Positions 54,933 to 64,000 of a DNA stretch of 64,000 bases are shown piece by piece. The stretch is taken from positions 5,084,001-5,148,000 of the forward strand of contig CP075494.1 of the NCBI GenBank assembly GCA_021613535.1, read 5' to 3'. A program made the position numbers and the translations under genes. The stretch comes from Adineta vaga. Taxonomy: Eukaryota; Animalia; Rotifera. Each line of letters starts with the position of its first letter. Within the stretch, counting starts at the first letter, position 1. A model generated the notes under the pieces. That model saw only the letters and a program-made list of their open reading frames with translations. It was not told where the DNA came from and did no database searches.

Positions 54933-55610
54933 TTATGGAAAATATTTTGTCACACAATCAGAGCATATATCCGTTTGAGGACAAAAGTGTAAACGCTGTT
55001 TATCCTCATTAAGTGTATATTTTTTACCACATACATCACAGAGTGCTGTACCTCGTCGTCCATAGCCGATTTCTTTACATGCTGTTGTATGATTACTGGA
55101 TATTTTCTTCAAAATTGTAGAGAGAAAATGTATTTGATCCGATTGTTGTTTCACTTGAGCATTGAGTTCGTTTATCAATGGCCGGACTTTCATCAGTAAA
55201 CAATTATTCACATGATCTGCTACTTCATCTTGTTTTCCTGTCCAATCACATTTCAAATTGGCTGCTGGACACAACAGTTGTCTTTGCGAACACTTTTCAA
55301 TATGATCTTTAAGATTACCTCGTTGAATATTGTTTTGAGAACATAATTGACATTTAACAAGTAATTGATTAAGCTGATTGAGAAGTGGACGTATATTAAC
55401 AGTATGAAAATCTTCAAGTGTTAAATCGCAGCGGCATACTGGACATGTCGACATTGTATAAAAGCTATTAGTAATACATACTCGACAAAATGTATGGCCA
55501 CATTTATTAGCGCATAATGGTTCTACTAATGGATCTGTACATAATGGACATAAAAGATCTTCGTGAATAGAAGATTCATTCATATATTCGTAATTGTTCG
55601 TTGTTGTCAT
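54933..55610 (-). CDS. RING finger + TRAF-type zinc finger + coiled-coil protein (E3 ligase-like; no MATH domain)
   Basis: C3HC4 RING CPLC..CGHTFCRVC..CPVC, HIEKC..CPA..C..HVNNC, and a C-terminal Cys cluster. Confidence 0.85.
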   Translation of the reverse strand: MTTTNNYEYMNESSIHEDLLCPLCTDPLVEPLCANKCGHTFCRVCITNSFYTMSTCPVCRCDLTLEDFHTVNIRPLLNQLNQLLVKCQLCSQNNIQRGNLKDHIEKCSQRQLLCPAANLKCDWTGKQDEVADHVNNCLLMKVRPLINELNAQVKQQSDQIHFLSTILKKISSNHTTACKEIGYGRRGTALCDVCGKKYTLNEDKQRLHFCPQTDICSDCVTKYFP

Positions 55611-58464
55611 TGTTGACTTACTGCTTCAGTGTACTTCAACTGGGAAAAAAAAACAATATATGTAATTTTTTTTCGGTTCTGTATGCAGAAGTTGAAAATG
55701 GTTATGTTTTTTTTGTTTTCAAAAGTCGCTTATTAGAACACGTAGGAAAAAAATATTTTATTTTCGACGTCGTATCGTATAAGTAAAAAAATAGAATATC
55801 AAAAGGTGGCAGTATATGTAAATGTAATTTAACGTAAAAAGATGGATGTATTTTTTTATTACAAAAATAACTTTATCAGTAAAATATTTTATTTTTATTA
55901 GATTTATCTTGTAAAATGTTTAAATCATGTGGCTTAAGTATAAAAAGGTGGATGAGGGTTTTATTGTTTATGAACAAGCGTACTTCGCAGTTTCAACAAA
56001 ATAAATAACAACAATTCAATCAGAAAAGAATTAAACAAGAGAGTCTCATCTTTTCTAATCATAAAATAGGAAAATATTCAATAGATTTGAGTTTTTATCA
56101 AGAAAATTTCCGAGAATTCAAAAGTATTAGTTTTCATAACTCACATTTTCAACCGAAAAAGAAACATAGTAATGTATTACGTTGCTTTTTCTTACTTGAA
56201 CTTTCAACATAAAAAGATTCATTTCGAAAAATAAAAGAACTATTCGTTATTAACGAAAAAAAGTACGAGCGAAATTAAGCATGAATTGGAATATAGGAGG
56301 ATGTCCTTTTGTATTATTTTTTTCCATTTTAAAGAATATCTGTGTAGTAAGAAAGTTTCGTTTTTACCTACTTTTTCGTTTATCTGATCAAAAGAAAGTT
56401 TACTTTTTAATAGCAGAAGTATTCATCGTTGGTACTACCAAATACAATACTATCAATGACATAAGATCACATCTTCAACATGTTTTACGAGACGTAAGTT
56501 TGATGTTAAGCAATAAAAGACTGATTTAATGATTATTGTCATAAGAATTATCATCAATCAAAAATTAGAAGAACTGAGCATGACAGATGAGAATATGGTC
56601 ATGAGTGCCATGATCGTAGCTGATATATATATCCACTGGATTAGCAAGAATTTTCTTGAATCCTATGCAATAGTTGAGGACTAACCATCATTATCAACGA
56701 AGGATTTTCGACGCGACAGAGATATTCATTGTAATTCTAAGTTATCTTTAATTAGAGAATATAATTTGAATATTTTTGATAAATCAATGTCCTCGACAGA
56801 TCATTCATCTAAAAAACATTATAATCTCATGATTTTGCTACTGTGTTCATATGCATCTAACATAAGAATCTTCTTTTTTTGGACTGTGAATTAAAACTCA
56901 ACCATCAATATCTATCTATTACTTTCGAAAGATAGTTTCTGTTACAAAAGATGGATCGCATGTCAGCAATGATGATTTTATAGCAAAGTTATCAGGCAAT
57001 GTCATCGCTACACTATACGACTGTCAATACAAACGGTCTGACAATTCTGACGCTATAGCATGATACTTATCATATTATAGTAAATCAAATCACTATTATA
57101 TTTGTATCTTTTCTGCATAATCATGTACTGATATTTAGCACCCCTTTGAAGCGAAACTTACCGAGAAGATGAAATATGACTCTGTAAAAGAATGCAATTC
57201 GAAGGAAACTTGTCGGAGTTGATTTAGAGATCCAAGCAACTGACAAAAATGATTTAATTTATGATACAGTTCTTGACAAAATCCATTGTAACAAGATCAT
57301 CTTGCTCTGTGATTATTTTTCATAACACAGTGAATTCGAACTAATATCACTTGTTTTTATCCTATCGTTCTATTTATTTGATGATAGAATTACAATTGAA
57401 CTTGTGCATGCTGACAGCATAGAAACTATCCGGCGTTCCTTTGGAAGAAGATGATGCAATTGTGCGTTTAGTTAATAGAATGTGTATGCATATAGAGGTC
57501 TGAAAGCGATGAATTCTATTTTAATTGTTCAATATGTGATGATCTTAATTTAAAATGAGGGACTACGCAATGAAAATGAGATATTTTACTGATATACCAA
57601 TATCATCGTAGTTTTCACTAGATATTCCAATGTGATTAGGTTCATCATTTCGAACGGCAAGGAGATGACGAATACAAATTACAAATTGACTTTGTCATCT
57701 GTAGATTTCTTTCAGTTCTTGGAAAAAAGAAGATATTCAGATTGTTCATTGAGTAAAAATATAAAGCGATTAGAAATATTAAGAACATATTTGTTGAGAG
57801 AAGTACAGCATGATTGTCTGAAGTAAGGTGAGATTTAAACTGAACTGCAAAGAGAATACAGAACCGTCGAGTATTTGTATAATTTTTTGAAATAGGTGAG
57901 AATAATGTATGAAACCTAGTTTAACATTTCTCACTTATTGGAGTGAATTGTATTGCTTCTACATAAGTGTTACAAAGTACGAAAACAGTACTGTCAGTTA
58001 TTTATGCACAGTCAAATGACAGTCATAGGAACAACTAAAGTATGCCACTTAAGCGATTGCAAGTGTAGTAGAATATATAAAAACTAGAATTTGGTTTCTT
58101 TATCACTCAAACGATATACTTCCATATGAGATTTTTCGATCTAACAAAAAAGGTGTTGTTTTTGTTACAATAATTAGTAAGAGAAGAAATGATTGTACTT
58201 TAGTTCAAAGTCTATTCTTAAATACACAAAAAGAAAGAGAGAAACAGTATTAATGTATTGATTTTGCAGTTTTGTTCTTCATTAGCATCAGTTTTGGCAA
58301 GTATTTTTCAAATTGTTTGCTATTTAAAAGTCGATTAAGATTGATGTGTATATAAGAAATTTGTCTTACTTAATTTAAAAGCATTTTTTAGACAGTATAT
58401 TTAGTTTATCGATCATTTTATTCTCGTGAAATTCCTTACGTATTCGGATTGATAAAAAACAAGG

Positions 58465-60167
58465 ATGAAAAATACTCAGATGCTGATGGGTCGATCAGCA
58501 GCAAAAGCTGTAAGTTTATCATGTGACATAGTATTAGTATAGATGGGTAGAAGATGATAGATATTACAGGAATCTCGTCCGGCGGCTACGAAAGTCTCAG
58601 CGAATATGAGAGAGATCCGCGTTGTAGAATCAAAGAGAACAAATTCATCGTATGTATTCATTTTTCTTGAATCTGTGATTAATGTGTAGAATTGAATATC
58701 ATAGATTTTGGACAAGAAGACGACGTTTTATTGCATTATCATTGATCGGTGCATGTATTGCTGGTGTTTTAGTAGCTGTTGGCATTCTGATTCCTTCTAT
58801 GGTGAAAAGTGATAATAAAGGTTACGTCAAGTCTAATCGTGTGTGCTCACTCATTTGTAGTAATAATGTGATGACTAGGATGATAGTTTGAATCTAATTA
58901 CTTGATGTTTTTCGTTGAAACGCTCGCAAATATTAAATTGCCAAAACGATTCAGTCGATTGATCCTTATAAAATGCAGTTTCATATTTTATTTTTAAACC
59001 GTAATGTTTCATCTAGATATGTATAAGTGAGACTATTTGTACTGGTTAGGTCAAGAATGGCTATAACAGTATTAAAAAAAATTGGAAGAGATTCGTTGTG
59101 TAATATTCTTTTGAGAATTGATGGTCAACTTCAGAGACATGATTTGTTTGAAGTGAGATATCAATACGAGATTTATTGACTCCGAGCAAATAGTAAAGCA
59201 TTTGAATTATTCATAAAAATAATCATTTTTCTCAAAAATATCTTATAAATCTCTTAATTGTTGCTTATCGAGCTCTTGCCCTACTTAATCGCAGTTCTTT
59301 ACGCTTCAAGTCTTTAGATAATATTTTTTTTGGTTTAGTTACAACAACCAATTCACCTCCAATAACTTTATTATCATCAGCAGCGAGTGGAACATCAGTG
59401 ACACCAGGAGGAACAGTATCATCTTCAGCACCATTACAATCTACAACTACAACGACACCAATGGCATCTTCAACTACTAAAAGGGGTTCGCCATCAAAAT
59501 CATCCCCATCACCCTCCTTACAATCTACAACTACAACGATACCGATGGCATCTTCAACCACTAAAAAGGGTTCGCCATCAAAATCATCATCAACAACCAC
59601 AGCGAAAAAGTCTGCGTCATCGTCATTATCATTCACAACAACAACACCTATAACCGATTCCTCGTCTTCACCATCGTCAACTACAACTATAACTGGTTCT
59701 TCATTATCAACAATGCCTGGAACAATCGCACCGAGTGCTCTGTCAGCAGTGGCAGCAGACCAGGAGCTGATCAACATTAACGATCCGTAAGTGTTATTAT
59801 GTCAAATATCTCGTGCTGTAGACAACAGTAGATTTTAGCTATGATGAATAATATCTAGTTAAAACTTATTATTCGTTTTAAATCAGTCGAATATTTGAGA
59901 ACAGTTTCTTTACAAAATGTAAGACATTTTGCTCCAGAGAATGAAATATTTCAGATTATTTTATTAGTCTTTTGTTCGAATGCTATAGATACATAAAACT
60001 CTCGAATATGTACATCGTCTCTGACAATTGTTTTTCTATTTAGAAATAAACCATTGGACAGCAACAACGATGACAACAATATCGTTGACAATGATCAAGA
60101 CTTTTCTCAGATATTGTATTAATTAATAATCGTATTTATTGCTACAACAATAGTTCATCACAGATGA
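58465..60167 (+). CDS. Probable type II membrane protein with mucin-like S/T stalk (tentative exons 58465-58509, 58570-58649, 58690-58820, 59339-59787, 60044-60167)
   Basis: RRRR followed by a single TM helix, an S/T-rich exon and in-frame GT-AG junctions; both ends uncertain. Confidence 0.55.
59432..59588 (+). repeat. Coding tandem duplication with 87-bp period (LQSTTTTxPMASSTTKxGSPSKSS x2)
   Basis: Direct repeat at ~59433 and ~59519. Confidence 0.85.
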
Positions 60168-60428
60168 CTTTAAGAATAACTTGTATTATTATTGATCATT
60201 AAAAGTATTACGAAATACGAATGATGGTGTCGGTATAATTTCATTATACTGGAAGATTCAAAATTGAACATTCTTAAACATAATCTAAATAATTTATTTT
60301 CTGTCAATATAGAAAAAAAAGGATTTCTTATTCTATGATAAGAGATAAGCACATAAAAAACTCGTTACATCACATTACTTTTCTTTTCTCTTGATTTCGA
60401 TAACCTACTTTCATTTTATTTCATCAAC

Positions 60429-61655
60429 ATGAAACGTTTTCTGTTAGGATCGTTTCTTTTGTTCTTAACAAGTCCTTCTGTGCATACTTTCGGTCATTCA
60501 TTATTGCCACTTTTTTCACTTGATCCATCTTATATCAATATTAATCATGGTTCTTATGGTTCAGCACCTAAATATGTTCATGATAAACTTCATGAATATC
60601 AAATGATGGCTGAATACAATCCTGATCGATGGTTTCGTATTGACCTTCAAATTGAAATGGAAAGATTACGAAAGAGATTAAGTGAATATATCAATTGCGA
60701 TCCCGATGATATAGTTATTCTTGAAAATGCATCAGCAGGTATCAATTCTATTCTTAGATCATTAAAATTTCGATCGAATGAAACAATTCTATATTATAAT
60801 ATTGCATATGGTATGGTGAAATTAACATTACAATATGTTTCCACGGAATTATTTACACAAGAACAATTGATTCAAATTAATCTTAGTTATGAAACAATTC
60901 AAAATACGGATTTATTATTAAAGCAAACTCAAGAAGCATTAAGTAAAATTTCAAATGTTAAACTAGCTGTTTTTGATCATATTAGTTCGATGCCATCAGT
61001 TCGATTTGATGTTGAAACAATGATAAAATTCTTTCGTAGTAAAGGTATTTTAACTCTTGTTGATGGTGCACATGCCATCGGTGGAATTGAACTTGATTTG
61101 AAAAAACTAAATCCAGATTTTTATATAACAAATACACATAAATGGTTGTATACGCATCGAAGTTCATGTGTACTTTATGTGAACAAAGATTTACAAAAAT
61201 TAATTCATCCAATCATAACATCTTTTGGTTATTTACAATCTTTTCAGGATGAATTCTTTTGGTTAGGAACCAAAGATTATAGTGCATATTTAACAATATC
61301 GGATGCATTAGATTTTCGACAAACAATTGCAAATGAAACAGAGATCGTTTCTTATAATCATCAATTAGCTATTCAAGCAGGAAATCTTCTGGCACAAATG
61401 TGGAATAGTTCAACGTTAACAACAGATGAAAAATCTATTAGCACAATGAATAATATTGAATTGCCAAGTATTATTGATACATCCGATAAAATGAATGATT
61501 TATATCGAAGATTGGTGAATGAACATAATATATTTTTACCAATGGTAGAATTTGATAATAGATTTTACTGTCGTATTAGCGCTCAAATATATATGGAATT
61601 AAGTGATTATCAAACAGTTGGACATATTGTTTTAAATACTATACATTTGCGATGA
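60429..61655 (+). CDS. Class V PLP-dependent C-S lyase (Egt2 hercynylcysteine sulfoxide lyase / L-cysteine desulfhydrase / CefD-like) with N-terminal signal peptide, intronless
   Basis: INHGSYG, DHISSMP, VDGAH, NTHKW (PLP Lys), GTKDY and RISAQIY. Confidence 0.88.
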   Translation: MKRFLLGSFLLFLTSPSVHTFGHSLLPLFSLDPSYININHGSYGSAPKYVHDKLHEYQMMAEYNPDRWFRIDLQIEMERLRKRLSEYINCDPDDIVILENASAGINSILRSLKFRSNETILYYNIAYGMVKLTLQYVSTELFTQEQLIQINLSYETIQNTDLLLKQTQEALSKISNVKLAVFDHISSMPSVRFDVETMIKFFRSKGILTLVDGAHAIGGIELDLKKLNPDFYITNTHKWLYTHRSSCVLYVNKDLQKLIHPIITSFGYLQSFQDEFFWLGTKDYSAYLTISDALDFRQTIANETEIVSYNHQLAIQAGNLLAQMWNSSTLTTDEKSISTMNNIELPSIIDTSDKMNDLYRRLVNEHNIFLPMVEFDNRFYCRISAQIYMELSDYQTVGHIVLNTIHLR

Positions 61656-61769
61656 AATTTTAAAAGAGCAAATATTGATTAAAGATTTTTTTGATATTTT
61701 TACTTTTGAAAAAAGAAATGAAACGTACTCGTACATTGTCATAGAATTTATCGAATGCTTTTCATTAGA

Positions 61770-62493
61770 TTAATCACTCCATGTAATACTAATCTGTCCA
61801 TAGCGTGGATCAGTTTTCGAAATGCCAAGTGCAGTCCATACAGCTGGTGATCCATCTACAATATTATTACGACATGGAGGTTGTCCAGCATGTTCATCAT
61901 CACATCCATGTATAGAATCACATTCATCTACAACCATAGCTCTCGTTGACTTTCCATTTCCATAAATAGTTACCATTTTTCCACATCGACTTCCTCCATT
62001 GTACCAACCTGTTGACAAGGCTACAACTTTTTGAGAATCAGGATAGAACAATCCATAACATGCACCGCCCCATCCACCGTCACCACCTTGTTGAAAACTA
62101 TTCAGCGTCAATACAGCCGAAGATTTTGATGATGGAGAACATTTATATTGTTGATAACTGACACCTGTTTTACAGCATTCAGAAAAATTGTCTGTATTGC
62201 ATGCAGTACTATGAAAAGAAGCATATATATAATCTCGTTACAAACCAATGGCAACGTTCTTACCTAGTGCCATGCAATACGCCAAAAGGTGTGCATATTT
62301 TATCTTGATCAATATTTTCACGATCACCACACTTTCCACTCAAACAGATCATGTCTCCATCGCAATCATTATATGTTGAACAAGGATCACCAGCACAGTG
62401 ACCTATCCAAGAACAAGTAGAAGATCGTGTTTTTCGAATAAGTTTCGATCCTGTAGTGGTAAAAAGTAATAAGAAAACGAATAAAGAAATCAT
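61770..62493 (-). CDS. Kiwellin / ripening-related protein (kissper + barwin-like DPBB domain), secreted; exons 62493-62264, 62208-61770
   Basis: Signal peptide; [19 protein letters not shown] (kissper); C..N.SECCK.G..Y..YKCSP; LTLNSF..GGDGG; [17 protein letters not shown]; [31 protein letters not shown]; ITWSD. Confidence 0.92.
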
Positions 62494-63305
62494 GTGAAAA
62501 TCTAAAAGATGATAGAATCGTACGTATTGTATTTAAAACAAAACGTTTAAAAATAATCTGATTTTAATCGATTTTTTAGAATAAAAATCGATTGAAATGT
62601 CACAATTTTAGTCGAATTTTTAATTGAAAAAGAATCTTTTTTAATCGATTTTCAATATATCTCTATCAAAATATCGATTTTAAACAGATTTCTAACGGTT
62701 TTTTTCTAATCTTTATCGAACGAATCCTGACAAAATGTCGATGCATTCGTGCTTTTTTAATATTGCATATTGATCAAAGAATAACTTTTCAGGTCAATCT
62801 CGATCTTTCTTTCTTTCCTTTTTCTTTTCTTTTCTTTCAATGTATATAGGCGTATTATTTCGATAAATAAAGTTAGAGAAAAGAGTAAAGCCCGCGGCAC
62901 GTTCGTCTACTTACATTATATTTATTATCATAAATAACATCTCTAATAATGAGTATCTTTCAATCGATCAAATCTGTTCTCTGTTGAATAATTAGTTTGA
63001 TATAAACTCTCCGATTTGCTGCAACAGTATCACAAAAAGTCACATAACAGTTTTAAATAAGATCAAATCATCTCACTATAGAGGAAATCGTTTATATATA
63101 CAAATAGTATTTCAATTCAGCCACATATGTCAAATCAAATATGAACTTCAGTGGTGCTAGAAATTGCGTCATATTTTGAACTTTATTTTTGCTTCATTAG
63201 ATAGATCACGACTTTTTTGAATGGATAACATTAACAGATTCGTTGTCATAGTAATTCCTTGTAACGTTCGATGTTTTCATTGTTTTGTTTTAGAATTCAA
63301 ATGAG

Positions 63306-64000
63306 ATGGAAGAAAGAAGACTTGACGGAGAAATAGATTTCAAATTTCGTCATGAAAACACTGAAGAAAATATACAGAGGTCACTAGTCAATATGTATTT
63401 GCCCATGACTGGTTTACAGTTCTTTTTCTTGAGCGTTTCAGTCGGAAGAACAGAAAAGAAAAGATTGACGATATTTTCATCATACACGTGAAAATGGCCG
63501 TATAAGGATAATATTGTATATTACTCAAATAAACTTAAATATTCTGTTGCAATACTAACATATACAATGCATTGATTTCTGCTTTTTTACTTTAAAACAA
63601 TGTGCATCGGTTTGCGACGTTTTTTCTTTAGACAAATACAAAAACGATCTTTCACTACTCGAATGACTGAGTCGGAAAATCCAGATGATTTATCCCATAT
63701 TCCAACTGATACAGAATCATATTCTTCTGTTTCAACACATCCTGAAATCAAATATCGACCAATGCCTGATCCATTATCTGTTTATGTACCATTGAATTCG
63801 TTAACTCAGAAAACTATTGATTCTATTGTGTCAACAATTCATCAATCTGAAAAAAGAGATTGGCACTTTGGTAGACGTACTCTTCTTGCTTTTCTACTTG
63901 CAATCCATAATCAATTGAAAGTAATCGAACAAAATAAAGATCGGGAAAATAAATTCGATGAAAAGACAATTCAACATGCATCAAAAGTTCGAAAATGGTT
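63306..64000 (+). CDS. 5' part of a hypothetical multi-exon gene (runs off window)
   Basis: ATG at 63306 with donor ~63395; open exon from the acceptor at 63631 to the window end (..RDWHFGRRTLLAFLLAIH..). Confidence 0.5.

Noticed and set aside
59265-59777. 170-aa Val/Asp-rich minus-strand ORF
   Set aside because: Antisense shadow of the S/T-rich exon.

Overview
AT-rich eukaryotic (animal) DNA with mostly short GT-AG introns (about 50-70 nt). The gene mix (NHL-propeller expansions, DEG/ENaC channels, an MMP, foreign-looking genes, an LTR element carrying a DEDDy exonuclease, TGTGGG/TGAGGG repeats) points to a bdelloid rotifer; this is an inference. Left half (1-27 kb): a tandemly duplicated block of secreted Apple/PAN-like + NHL gene, orphan multi-TM gene and 12-exon fungal-type P3A plasma-membrane H+-ATPase-like gene. 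It is interrupted by a non-autonomous Helitron, an LTR element with a nested MITE, and other LTR remnants. Both ATPase copies keep the catalytic motifs but have Asn instead of the TM6 proton-acceptor Asp (LNDGT becomes LNNAT, equivalent to AHA2 D684N). They sit next to two tandem DEG/ENaC genes. Right half: a ~3140-aa SPRY/HECT E3 ligase, a pseudogene, a CPBP/Abi protease, an MMP with a long cationic tail, a RING/TRAF-type protein, a mucin-like membrane protein, a signal-peptide-bearing class V PLP lyase and a plant-type kissper-kiwellin. Tandem paralogs show patchwork identity consistent with gene conversion. All exon coordinates were derived by hand.
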